From NCBI GenBank assembly GCA_947627255.1, contig CANQVI010000001.1:20899-84898 (forward strand): a stretch of DNA of 64,000 bases. Direction: 5' to 3'. This document shows, one piece after another, positions 29,740 to 38,383 of the stretch; position 1 is the first letter of the stretch; each line of letters begins with the position of its first letter. The translations under genes and the position numbers were made by a program. Below the pieces are notes generated by a model, which saw only the letters and a list, made by a program, of their open reading frames with translations, had not been told where the DNA came from and searched no databases. The stretch is from an uncultured Clostridia bacterium (GTDB taxonomy: Bacteria; Bacillota; Clostridia; TANB77; CAG-465).

Positions 29740-29767
29740 TTGAATATTATCAAAAATATGATATAAT
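29740..29767 (+). promoter_or_regulatory. Candidate promoter TTGAAT-N16-TGaTATAAT driving a plus-strand transcript convergent with the HEPN-motif gene
   Basis: Extended -10 and near-consensus -35. Located in the int / abi-like intergenic region. Confidence 0.35.
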
Positions 29768-29774
29768 AATATTA

Positions 29775-29878
29775 TAAGAGTTAACTTGTGAAGGAATAAG
29801 GCTGGGTTCCCGAATGGGAGTAGATATACATTTGTATATTTAGAATCCTTTGCCCCTGGGGTTAACTCATTTTTTTAG
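29775..29878 (+). ncRNA. Candidate ~100-nt structured small RNA ending in T7, antisense to the 3' end of the HEPN-motif gene
   Basis: GC-rich paired segments (gggttcccgaatgggag; cccctgggg) in an AT-rich context. T-run at 29871-29877. No ORF. Confidence 0.3.
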
Positions 29879-30829
29879 TTTTTCTTTTAAATTTTGGATT
29901 ATATTATATGGATCCTTTTTAATTTCATTAACAATAAACTCTATAGCTTGTATAGAATAGCTATAAATTGGTAATGTGCCAATAGTATTAATAAAGCAAA
30001 ATTTAGGATTTTCTTTAATTCCATAATAATTGCAAAATAATTGGAATGTATATTGATTTAAAGTTATATTTAATATGTTAGCTTCTTTTAATCTTTTATT
30101 TATTTCTTGATTGAGCTTTTTCATTGTATATTTATGTGTTACATTAGGGTCCTTTAATTCTTTAACAACTTTTATTTTTTCTGTAGCGTCCCCACTAATG
30201 CAAACTTTTTCTGTTGCAGCTTCCTCATTTTTTGTTATATAGTAATAATGATCTATTTTTATTGCAAAGTTACTATTATTATTTTCTATATAAGTTCTTA
30301 AATTTGAGTTAATTGAAATTATTTTTTCAGCTATTTCTTTAGGATATTTTCCTCTTATTTCAGTTTCATTGAATGAAGTTAGATTAACAGTTAAAGTTAG
30401 AAAGTTTTGTGATATTATAGTACTCATATCAAAATTATGGAATTTATTAAATTTTTCAATAAAATTGAAAACACAAGCTTGAAAAAGTGGAATATACAGC
30501 ATTTCATATTCCTCCGTTACAAAGTGTGTACTAGTATCTCTTAATTCTATAATTTTTTCTAAATTTAATCTTAATGGATCTTTGTCATTAGTAAATATTT
30601 TTTTTATACATTCAGATAAGCTAATTGTTCGATTAGGCTTGTCTTTATAATATATACTAATGTTAATTCTAAGTAAATAAGCTTTTAACATCAATTCCCA
30701 AGCATTACAAATAAGATAAGCAAAACTTTCAACTCTATATTTGATAGTAGGTTTGTTATAAATTTCTATTGCTAGTAAAAAAGATTCCTTAGATTTTTCT
30801 AATAATTTATCTATTAATTTGTTATCCAT
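29867..30829 (-). CDS. Hypothetical 320-aa protein with an R-x4-H (HEPN-like) motif; candidate abortive-infection/defence protein carried in the lysogeny module
   Basis: ELRDTSTHF motif resembles the Abi_2/HEPN R[ND]xx[AT]H signature. AGGAGG RBS. Last gene of the repressor operon. Confidence 0.55.
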   Translation of the reverse strand: MDNKLIDKLLEKSKESFLLAIEIYNKPTIKYRVESFAYLICNAWELMLKAYLLRINISIYYKDKPNRTISLSECIKKIFTNDKDPLRLNLEKIIELRDTSTHFVTEEYEMLYIPLFQACVFNFIEKFNKFHNFDMSTIISQNFLTLTVNLTSFNETEIRGKYPKEIAEKIISINSNLRTYIENNNSNFAIKIDHYYYITKNEEAATEKVCISGDATEKIKVVKELKDPNVTHKYTMKKLNQEINKRLKEANILNITLNQYTFQLFCNYYGIKENPKFCFINTIGTLPIYSYSIQAIEFIVNEIKKDPYNIIQNLKEKLKK

Positions 30830-30863
30830 GATTGCCTCCTAATACACTCCTTCTGATTTATAA

Positions 30864-31136
30864 TTAAAATATTCCATATTTACTATTAAGATAAATGAAT
30901 ATTATAAATAAAAATAGCATAGTATACAAAAGTATTTTATTTAAATATTTTTCTAGTAATTTTGTTTCAGGCGTGTCTTGTTTTTGGTTTAGTAAGTAAA
31001 TTTCCTTTTCTTTATAGTACTTTGATTCTCCTATAGCATCAAGAAATTTTTCAAATTGCTGTCTTATTATGGCATAAATGATTACTGAACATAGACAAGA
31101 AGCTACTAGGCAAAATAGTATTCCTTTTATTTCCAT
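30864..31136 (-). CDS. Small two-TM membrane protein; superinfection-exclusion-like position
   Basis: AAAGGAGATG RBS. Starts 16 nt after the repressor stop. Hydrophobic N- and C-terminal helices. Confidence 0.55.
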   Translation of the reverse strand: MEIKGILFCLVASCLCSVIIYAIIRQQFEKFLDAIGESKYYKEKEIYLLNQKQDTPETKLLEKYLNKILLYTMLFLFIIFIYLNSKYGIF

Positions 31137-31152
31137 ATTTTACATCTCCTTT

Positions 31153-31803
31153 TTATACACTTCTTCTGATTTCTTTAACAACACCTAAAATTCTAACAGG
31201 TTTACTTATAACTTCTTTATTTGAATAAAATACAGGCATATATTCATTATTAAGAGGTTGTAATGTAATTCCATTATCTGACTTAAAAACTCTTTTAAAA
31301 GTACCGTCATCACCATTTACCATCACAATACAATCTTGACCACTTTCACAATCATTTTGTTTTAAAACTATAATAGTATCTCCATTTAAATATTTAGGTT
31401 CCATACTATTTCCTTTTACTTTTAAGGCAAAATATTCCTTACCACCCTTTAACATATCTTCTGATATATCTTCATAATCTATTATATCTTCTATTAGTTC
31501 TATTGGTATTCCTGCAGGTATACTTCCTAAAACAGGTATTCTAATTGATTTATTTTTTATTGTAATATTTTTATTCATAGGAACATCATATCCCATCAAC
31601 CAAGGTTCATTGACTCCTAAAACATCAGCTAATATTGAAAGTCTTTTTTGTCTAGCAAAAGCAATTCCTTTTAAATATTTATTTATTAAAGTTTTATCTA
31701 TTTTAGGCTCATACCCTTCAACAGCTTTTTCTAAATCTGATTGAAGCCAATTTTTATTATTAAGAGCTATTTGTAATCTCTTTGAAAAATTTTCCTTTTC
31801 CAT
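31153..31803 (-). CDS. Phage CI-like repressor (XRE HTH plus S24 LexA-type peptidase domain)
   Basis: N-terminal HTH; C-terminal GNSMEP Ser and FKR Lys motifs. GGTGAGGTG RBS at MEKENF. Confidence 0.85.
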   Translation of the reverse strand: MEKENFSKRLQIALNNKNWLQSDLEKAVEGYEPKIDKTLINKYLKGIAFARQKRLSILADVLGVNEPWLMGYDVPMNKNITIKNKSIRIPVLGSIPAGIPIELIEDIIDYEDISEDMLKGGKEYFALKVKGNSMEPKYLNGDTIIVLKQNDCESGQDCIVMVNGDDGTFKRVFKSDNGITLQPLNNEYMPVFYSNKEVISKPVRILGVVKEIRRSV

Positions 31804-31901
31804 AATACACCTCACCATCTAAATTATACATAAATATTGAAATAAAATCAAGTATTATTAAAAAATAATATAAAAAAGTTGAAAAAAAATCAATTTAACT
31901 A

Positions 31902-31930
31902 TTGACAATTGAAATTGGATAGTATATTAT
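31902..31930 (+). promoter_or_regulatory. Early rightward promoter (TTGACA-N17-TATTAT) within the cI/cro operator region
   Basis: Flanked by inverted repeats gttgaa-N5-ttcaac and ttga-A7-tcaa. Confidence 0.45.
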
Positions 31931-31972
31931 ATATTTGAAAGTTGAAATAAATTCAACCAAAGGAGGTGCGAT

Positions 31973-32227
31973 ATGAATTATATATATGATTATAATGACT
32001 TAAGAGGAAGAATAAGAGCAAAACTTGGAAGCGAGCAAAAATATGCCGAAAAAATAGGTAGATCTAATGCATCAATTAGTGATAGATTAAATAATAAAGT
32101 TGACTTTACTCAAACAGATATCGAAAAATCATGTTCTGAAGAAGTATTAGATATTGATAAAACTGAAGTAGGACATTATTTTTTTACAAGAAAAGTTGAA
32201 TTAAATTCTACCAAAAATAACAAATAA
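31973..32227 (+). CDS. Cro-like small DNA-binding protein
   Basis: Divergent from cI. 84 aa with a predicted HTH. Confidence 0.5.
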   Translation: MNYIYDYNDLRGRIRAKLGSEQKYAEKIGRSNASISDRLNNKVDFTQTDIEKSCSEEVLDIDKTEVGHYFFTRKVELNSTKNNK

Positions 32228-32256
32228 AATTTTATAGAAAAAAGGAGAAAAATAAT

Positions 32257-32670
32257 ATGAGTGAAAAATATGATATTCAGGTAGGAGATAGAGTTACTTA
32301 TACATTATTTGGTAAAAAGGCAACAAAACTAATCGCAGGTGATGAAGAAATAAATCTTATAGAAAATGACATAAAACAAGATGCAATAGAAATTCTAAAG
32401 ATAGATAGACCTAAATATGAGAAAGTCTATGGAAAACAAGAAATTTTAGATGAGGCAGAAAAAGAGTATCTAAGCAATGTAATTAAGCCATTTAGAAATA
32501 AAGTAAAATTTTTTGAGAAATGTAACGCCAGAGAGGAACAACAATATTTAGATATATACATAGAAGATAATGGTTATATTGTTTTTCCAGAATTTGAAGA
32601 AAACTCTATGTATAAAGGAATGGAATTAAATAAGCAATACACATTAAAAGAATTAGGATTAGATAAATAA
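32257..32670 (+). CDS. Hypothetical early protein
   Basis: ORF with RBS; no motif recognised. Confidence 0.45.
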   Translation: MSEKYDIQVGDRVTYTLFGKKATKLIAGDEEINLIENDIKQDAIEILKIDRPKYEKVYGKQEILDEAEKEYLSNVIKPFRNKVKFFEKCNAREEQQYLDIYIEDNGYIVFPEFEENSMYKGMELNKQYTLKELGLDK

Positions 32671-32698
32671 GAATTTTAAGAAGGAGGTGATGATAATA

Positions 32699-32929
32699 AT
32701 GGAAGATATATTACAGGTGCTAAAAGAAATAAATGAAAAAATCACTAATAACAAAAAGGATGATTTATTAAGCAGAAAAGAAGTCGAAGAGCAATATAAC
32801 TTAACTCAAAAGGGTGTTGCAAAGATATTCAACATGAAAAATTCGCCTGCTGTAAAGATTGGAAGAGAACAAAAAATTAGTAGAAGCACTTTAGAAAGAA
32901 TTTTTCAGCAAGGAATAACAATTAAGTAA
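32699..32929 (+). CDS. Small HTH protein (excisionase/regulator-like)
   Basis: GGAGGTG RBS. LTQKGVAKIF helix-turn-helix-like segment. Confidence 0.4.
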   Translation: MEDILQVLKEINEKITNNKKDDLLSRKEVEEQYNLTQKGVAKIFNMKNSPAVKIGREQKISRSTLERIFQQGITIK

Positions 32930-32974
32930 AATTAAAAAATTATATTAAAAAGAAAAGGAAGGAAAATTGAAAAT

Positions 32975-33217
32975 ATGGAAAATGAAAGAAAAAAGGTAGA
33001 TGTGATTAAAGCAGTAGTGAAGATGTTAGCCGATGAAGGCGAAAAATCAGCAAAAGCTATATCTTTAAAGTTTGAGTTTGATGAGGTTATGGCAGAAATA
33101 GTGGAAAAGTATTGCTTGAAAACTAAAGAAGATGAGGAGAAAATTGGTAAGATTAGCAATTTTCTTAAACAAATTGTTTCACTTGCTAAAGATTTACAAA
33201 TTGAATTAGATAAATAA
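32975..33217 (+). CDS. Hypothetical acidic small protein
   Basis: ORF with RBS. Confidence 0.4.
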   Translation: MENERKKVDVIKAVVKMLADEGEKSAKAISLKFEFDEVMAEIVEKYCLKTKEDEEKIGKISNFLKQIVSLAKDLQIELDK

Positions 33218-33243
33218 GAATTTTAAGTAAGGAGGTTTTTAAT

Positions 33244-33486
33244 GTGATAAATGGGAGTTTTTTTATAGAACACAGTGAAGTTATAGGGTTATGGATAATA
33301 TATTCAATAGTAATGTTAATATTATATTTTGTCCTTGATCATTTTACTAGCACTATATTAGCTAGAATAAAGAGGGCTAGAAGAATTAAATTAAGAGAAA
33401 TTCAAGCTAATGATAAGCTTTATAAATTAGCAAATAAGGCAAGAGTTAGTTCTCAAATAAGAGCAATAATGAATGCACAATTATAG
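33244..33486 (+). CDS. Small membrane protein (GTG start)
   Basis: GGAGG sits 8 nt upstream of the GTG. One TM helix. Confidence 0.35.
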   Translation: MINGSFFIEHSEVIGLWIIYSIVMLILYFVLDHFTSTILARIKRARRIKLREIQANDKLYKLANKARVSSQIRAIMNAQL

Positions 33487-33500
33487 GAGGTAAGGTTGAT

Positions 33501-33764
33501 ATGATTGAAAAAGAAACAAGAAGGGAAAGTTTAGAAAAAGTAGATAAACAGAAAAGGTATTTCCAAATAAGAGAAGTATTAAGGAATAGCAAAGATGGAA
33601 TGACAGCAAAAGAGATAGCAACTATATTAGGATTTCCAGAGAGAAACTATACAGCTCCAAGATTAACAGAATTAGTAAGTAAAGGTGAAGTAGAAGCAGT
33701 AGGAAAAGCATATGATCCAGATACAAAAAGAAATGTTGCTTTATATAAATTAAAGGAGGTGTAA
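33501..33764 (+). CDS. Winged-helix DNA-binding protein
   Basis: MTAKEIATILGF...LTELVSKGEV pattern. Confidence 0.45.
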   Translation: MIEKETRRESLEKVDKQKRYFQIREVLRNSKDGMTAKEIATILGFPERNYTAPRLTELVSKGEVEAVGKAYDPDTKRNVALYKLKEV

Positions 33765-33768
33765 AAAT

Positions 33769-34113
33769 ATGTTTAAACGATGGTTAATTAAAACTTTTTT
33801 AAATGATAAAGAATATCAATCAGAATATGTTGCTGAAACATTAGATAAATGTAAAAAGTTAGAAGAATCTATAGATAAACTAAAAGATAGACTAGCTCTG
33901 GAAATAGAATATAAGGTTTTAAATCAAATGCGATTAGAAGAGATTAGTAGTATTTCTAACGTTAATGGAAATAAAAAAATATATGATCTAGCCAACGCCT
34001 GTATAGAACAAAATAAAAGTTCAATAGCCACTTCGAAACAACTATTGAACAAACTAGGATATAAAAATATTCCTAATACTGATTATACAATAAGACAAGT
34101 AAAAATTCAATAG
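33769..34113 (+). CDS. Hypothetical coiled-coil protein
   Basis: ORF with RBS. Confidence 0.4.
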   Translation: MFKRWLIKTFLNDKEYQSEYVAETLDKCKKLEESIDKLKDRLALEIEYKVLNQMRLEEISSISNVNGNKKIYDLANACIEQNKSSIATSKQLLNKLGYKNIPNTDYTIRQVKIQ

Positions 34114-34129
34114 GGAGGAAGATATATGA

Positions 34130-34666
34130 ATGGAAGGATGGATAAGTGTATATAGGAAGATACTAGGCAATCCTATTTGTTGTAAAGATGCAGAATTTTT
34201 CGCTGTTTGGATATATCTACTATTAAATGCTTCGCACAAAGAACAAGAGATGATTTTTAAAAACAAAAAAATTGTTCTTAAAAAAGGTCAGCTGATAACA
34301 AGCAGGAAAACTATATCAGATGAATTTAATATTTCAGAAAGTAAAATTCAACGTATTCTAAAAGCGTTCGAAAATGAACATCAAATCGAACAGCAAACAA
34401 GTTCTAAAAACAGGCTTATAACAATAACAAATTGGAATCGTTACCAACAAACCGAACAGCAGATTGAAACTCAAATGAACAACAAATGGACAACAAATGA
34501 ACAACAAGTGAACACGAACAATAATGAAATAAATAATAATAATATAAATAATAATAATATATATAATATTACGCAGAAAAAATTTAAAAAAAATGAATAT
34601 AAAGATTATTTTGACAAAGTCATTAAACGCAATGAAAATTTATTTAGAAAATATAGAAAAGAGTGA
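34130..34666 (+). CDS. Phage replisome organizer / DnaD-like replication initiation protein (N-terminal domain) with an N/Q-rich low-complexity region
   Basis: N-terminal GWISVYRKIL...W motif typical of the phage replisome organizer N-domain. Confidence 0.5.
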   Translation: MEGWISVYRKILGNPICCKDAEFFAVWIYLLLNASHKEQEMIFKNKKIVLKKGQLITSRKTISDEFNISESKIQRILKAFENEHQIEQQTSSKNRLITITNWNRYQQTEQQIETQMNNKWTTNEQQVNTNNNEINNNNINNNNIYNITQKKFKKNEYKDYFDKVIKRNENLFRKYRKE

Positions 34667-34977
34667 TGGATGGTATGACATTTAAATGCAATAATTGTGG
34701 ACATGTTTTCGATGAGGACAGCTTAGTTAAATGCTATGATGACGATGGCTGTAGTTATAGTGGATGTCCTTATTGTAAGGATTACGAAATCGAAGAAGTA
34801 GAATATTGTGAAGTCTGCGGTAAATATAAAGCAGATTATGACGAAGAAAATGAAATGTGCGAAGAATGTGTCGACAATATAGTTAATAAATTTAAAAAAA
34901 TTATAAAAAATTCAATGCAAGAATATGAATTGACGACGTTGGAAAATTATTATGCAGAGAATGATTTTATATTATAG
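34663..34977 (+). CDS. Cys-rich zinc-finger protein
   Basis: Multiple CxxC pairs. Confidence 0.45.
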   Translation: MMDGMTFKCNNCGHVFDEDSLVKCYDDDGCSYSGCPYCKDYEIEEVEYCEVCGKYKADYDEENEMCEECVDNIVNKFKKIIKNSMQEYELTTLENYYAENDFIL

Positions 34978-34991
34978 AAGGAGGTATAAAT

Positions 34992-35645
34992 ATGTTAAAG
35001 AGTTATGAAGAATTAAGAAAAATTGATGTAAGCAAATGGGTTCAAGATAGAGACGGTGCAGACTATCTAAATTGGGCTAAAGTAGTAGATTTATTACACG
35101 AAAACGGTGCAAAAACTGTTTATTTTGAACCTATAGTAAATCCAAATACAGGAAGCAGCTTGTTTATGACAGATCAAATTTTTACAGATGCTAAAGGTAA
35201 TACAAATAGAGTATATGAAACAGCAGTAAAAGTTGTAATAGATGACTTAGAATTTATTCAAAGGGGTCCTGTAACTAATGGAGCAAATCCAGTAAAAGAT
35301 AACTCAATGACACAGCAAAGATTGTGGAATTGTCAAACTAGATTGTTTGTTAAAGGTGTTGCTATCAGAACTGGTCTAGGTTTTGATCTATGGCTTGATG
35401 ACGAATTAAAAAATGAAAAGGATAGCTGGGAAGATGATCTAAATAAACATGACATCTTTAAGATAAAAGAAAGAGTGCAAGAGTTATATACTAAAGTTCA
35501 CAAGACAGGTTTATCAACAAAAGAGATAGCAGAAAAATTGCACAAGAGCGAAGATGAAGTTAAAGCAATATTTAGTTATTTTGATACTTTAAGTAATTTT
35601 GAAAGAGAGTTATCTAATATTGATACAGGATCAGGACAGAAGTAA
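34992..35645 (+). CDS. Rad52/Sak-like single-strand annealing protein (tentative)
   Basis: YLNWAKVVDLLHENG resembles the Rad52-type YL-x-W...FG motif. Adjacent to an exonuclease. Confidence 0.4.
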   Translation: MLKSYEELRKIDVSKWVQDRDGADYLNWAKVVDLLHENGAKTVYFEPIVNPNTGSSLFMTDQIFTDAKGNTNRVYETAVKVVIDDLEFIQRGPVTNGANPVKDNSMTQQRLWNCQTRLFVKGVAIRTGLGFDLWLDDELKNEKDSWEDDLNKHDIFKIKERVQELYTKVHKTGLSTKEIAEKLHKSEDEVKAIFSYFDTLSNFERELSNIDTGSGQK

Positions 35646-36189
35646 TTATATCGGAGCTTCAGACACAAGTATGGTGGTTGGAAATTGGAGTACTAAAACT
35701 TTTGAAAAGTGGTGGCTCGAAAAAATAGGAATAAATAAAAATAATTTGTCAAACGAGGCAATTAAAGCAGGAAATAATTATGAACATAAAATTTTAGAAG
35801 CTTTAGAGATTGATAATATTGAAATGGACAAGCAAATTATTATTGATAGATTAAGAGTAAATTTAGATGGCAACACACCTACTTGTATCTATGAAGTTAA
35901 AACTCATAATGTAAATAAACAATTTAAAGTATCAAAGCAGTACTGGAGACAAGCTCAAGTAGAAATGTATGCATCAAATATAAAAAAATTATATATAGTC
36001 GCTTATGGGCTTATAGATAAAGATTATATAAATTATTTCAATTCTATTGATAAAAAAAGAATAGAAATGTTTAAAGTTGAATATGATGAAAATTTTATAC
36101 AAAACGAATATTTACCTAGACTTAAATACTTAGTAAAGTGCTTAAAAGATGGTAAATATCCACAAATAGAAGAAATAAATAGATTATAA
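35599..36189 (+). CDS. YqaJ-like phage exonuclease (PD-(D/E)xK)
   Basis: IGASDTSMVVG motif. Overlaps the upstream gene, so the true start may be downstream. Confidence 0.55.
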   Translation: MKESYLILIQDQDRSNYIGASDTSMVVGNWSTKTFEKWWLEKIGINKNNLSNEAIKAGNNYEHKILEALEIDNIEMDKQIIIDRLRVNLDGNTPTCIYEVKTHNVNKQFKVSKQYWRQAQVEMYASNIKKLYIVAYGLIDKDYINYFNSIDKKRIEMFKVEYDENFIQNEYLPRLKYLVKCLKDGKYPQIEEINRL

Positions 36190-36205
36190 AGGAAGATAAT
36201 AACAT

Positions 36206-36733
36206 ATGAAAATGAGAGGAAAGTTAGCTGATTTTTCTATAGATTTTAAAACTGGAAAGCAAAAGATTAGTTTTATCCTGGATACAAAAATAGATAATTT
36301 AGATGAAATAGATAACATAGAAAAATTAGATATAGAAGCTAAAAAACATAGAGAAAAAAGGAGTCTGGACGCAAATGCATATTGCTGGGTACTATTAGGA
36401 AAATTATCTGAGAAGATGGGTATAAGTTCTAAGGATATCTACATTATGGAAATAAAAAATATAGGAGTATATGAAGTATTACCAATTAAAGAAAAAGCAG
36501 TAGATAAATTCATAGAGGCATGGCAAAATAATGGAATAGGATGGCCATGTGAAAAAATAGGAAAAAGCAAATTAGAAGGATATATAAATATTAAGGCATA
36601 TTACGGATCTAGCACTTATGATACAAAACAAATGAGTAGTTTGATAGATAGTATTGTTGAAGATTGTAAATTGCAAGGAATTGAAACCGCTACTCCTGAA
36701 GAATTAGAGAGGTTGAAATTAGAATGGAAATGA
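36206..36733 (+). CDS. NinB/Orf-family recombination mediator
   Basis: RSLDANAYCWVLLGKLS matches lambda NinB RSLDQNRKLWACLGDVS. Confidence 0.6.
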   Translation: MKMRGKLADFSIDFKTGKQKISFILDTKIDNLDEIDNIEKLDIEAKKHREKRSLDANAYCWVLLGKLSEKMGISSKDIYIMEIKNIGVYEVLPIKEKAVDKFIEAWQNNGIGWPCEKIGKSKLEGYINIKAYYGSSTYDTKQMSSLIDSIVEDCKLQGIETATPEELERLKLEWK

Positions 36734-36885
36734 TAGGAAATGAAATAACAAAATATAAGTGTACTAATAATAGTTGCAAATACATTTTTAAGGAAAATAA
36801 AGCTGAAGTATGTGTAGATAGAAAAGGAAATTATTATTTTGGTTGCCCTAAATGTCTTAGCAAAATAGAAAAGGCGGAAAAATAA
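36733..36885 (+). CDS. Small zinc-ribbon protein (50 aa)
   Basis: CTNNSC...CPKC. Below the ORF-track cutoff. Confidence 0.3.
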   Translation: MGNEITKYKCTNNSCKYIFKENKAEVCVDRKGNYYFGCPKCLSKIEKAEK

Positions 36886-36886
36886 A

Positions 36887-37252
36887 ATGGATACAAAAGG
36901 ATTACTTTTTCCTAAGCCTAAGGATAGTAAAAAAATTAAAAATAAGGTTAAGAAAATAGAAAAAGATTTTTGTATAATGCCGCAAAGTAATTTGTATAGT
37001 ACCAAAAGAATAGGCAACTTAAGGAGACACGAAGTCTTTTTTGGGGTGAAACAGAGAAAACTAAGTATAAAGTATGGTCTAGTTGTTTTCTTAACTGACG
37101 AAAGACATAATATGAGTGATAAAGGGATACATTTCAACAAAGAATTTGATTTAAAAGTGAAAAAAATAGCTCAGAAAACTTTTATGGAACATTATCATAA
37201 AACCGAGGAAGAATTTATAAGGATCTTTGGAAAAAGCTATATTGGGAGGTAA
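36887..37252 (+). CDS. Hypothetical basic protein
   Basis: ORF; no confident family. Confidence 0.4.
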   Translation: MDTKGLLFPKPKDSKKIKNKVKKIEKDFCIMPQSNLYSTKRIGNLRRHEVFFGVKQRKLSIKYGLVVFLTDERHNMSDKGIHFNKEFDLKVKKIAQKTFMEHYHKTEEEFIRIFGKSYIGR

Positions 37253-37478
37253 ATATATGGGAAAATATAAAGAAATAAAAACTAATATTGAGGAAGATAA
37301 AGATTCTATTGTTGCTTTAGGATGCATAATAGTTTTTTTTATAGTTGTAATTATTATCCTGACAATGAAAGCAAATTATTATAAAAAAGAATTAGATAAG
37401 GTAGTAGAAATAAGGCAAGAGGATCTAAAAACAATAGATTATTGGATTCAAAAAAATAATGAATTGAAGAGGCAATAA
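37227..37478 (+). CDS. Small membrane protein
   Basis: One TM helix. Confidence 0.35.
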   Translation: MEKAILGGKYMGKYKEIKTNIEEDKDSIVALGCIIVFFIVVIIILTMKANYYKKELDKVVEIRQEDLKTIDYWIQKNNELKRQ

Positions 37479-37479
37479 G

Positions 37480-37809
37480 ATGGAAGAAATTATAAAACAA
37501 ATATTTGATTTGGATAAAGAGGATATCTTAAAAATAGGAGAAATAATAAATGGTTATAAGGAAACAGTAAATAAAAGTGGCAAAAATAATATACTAATCA
37601 AAAAAATGTATGCTAGTGGAAAATATTTAACAATCAAGGACTTTTTATATGAGAACAAAATCACGAAAGACCATCATTATGTAAAAATATTGTTTGAAAA
37701 AAATAATAGGTTTGACATAGACGATTTGCTCTTTTTTAAAAACACATTTGAAATGTCAGATGATGAACTTTTGCAAGTAATTTATGATTATACAAATGAA
37801 AGGATATAA
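37480..37809 (+). CDS. Hypothetical phage protein
   Basis: Tightly packed ORF. Confidence 0.4.
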   Translation: MEEIIKQIFDLDKEDILKIGEIINGYKETVNKSGKNNILIKKMYASGKYLTIKDFLYENKITKDHHYVKILFEKNNRFDIDDLLFFKNTFEMSDDELLQVIYDYTNERI

Positions 37810-37811
37810 AA

Positions 37812-38093
37812 ATGGAATTAAAAGAAGCAAAAAAACAAGTAGAATATTTTGTTGAAAGTTTAAAAAATGATACCGCAGATATTTTTATAAATAATGTATG
37901 CAACACAGATGCAGAAGCAATAAAAATAGTATTACAAGCATTAGAAGATAAAGAAAATAAATTAAAAAAAGTTGAAAAATATTGTAATTCAAAATCAAAA
38001 TTTCAATGCTTCGGAGATAATCTAATTGAAAAAACATTAGATACTTATATAAATAGTACAAAGTGTGAAATATTAAGAATTATTGGAGGATAA
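37812..38093 (+). CDS. Hypothetical phage protein
   Basis: Tightly packed ORF. Confidence 0.4.
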   Translation: MELKEAKKQVEYFVESLKNDTADIFINNVCNTDAEAIKIVLQALEDKENKLKKVEKYCNSKSKFQCFGDNLIEKTLDTYINSTKCEILRIIGG

Positions 38094-38098
38094 TTAGT

Positions 38099-38383
38099 AT
38101 GGAATTAGAAGAATTTATGAACTTATTAAGTAAAGCAAAAAAAGATAGATTTGGAAATATGTACATAGAGGAAAAAGAATTTGATCCTGATCCAATGTTT
38201 AACGAACTTGGTAAAGAAAGATGGTATTTTACATTAACAAACACTGTTTGTGCCGATTTTGTTAAAGAATATTGTTATAAAGAAAAAGATGGATATGAAC
38301 ATTACAATAGGCATTATATTGATGATGACACATTGCAAATAAAAGTAGTTAGAAAAAAAGAAGAAAGGATAAACAAATGTTAA
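38099..38383 (+). CDS. Hypothetical phage protein
   Basis: Tightly packed ORF. Confidence 0.4.
   Translation: MELEEFMNLLSKAKKDRFGNMYIEEKEFDPDPMFNELGKERWYFTLTNTVCADFVKEYCYKEKDGYEHYNRHYIDDDTLQIKVVRKKEERINKC

Noticed and set aside
29840-29870. cccctgggg / gagttaactc palindromes as the prophage att core
   Set aside because: They do not match the tRNA-Gln 3' end. They are better explained as part of the convergent transcript and terminator structure.
34441-34570. Asn/Gln-rich low-complexity tract (caa/aac/aat repeats) as a separate repeat feature
   Set aside because: It is in-frame within the replisome-organizer gene, so it is a low-complexity linker rather than a non-coding repeat.
36887-37252. 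RusA/HNH-type Holliday-junction resolvase assignment for the 121-aa protein after NinB
   Set aside because: It has no DxD/K catalytic pattern and no HNH Cys/His scaffold. Position alone is insufficient, so it is left as hypothetical.
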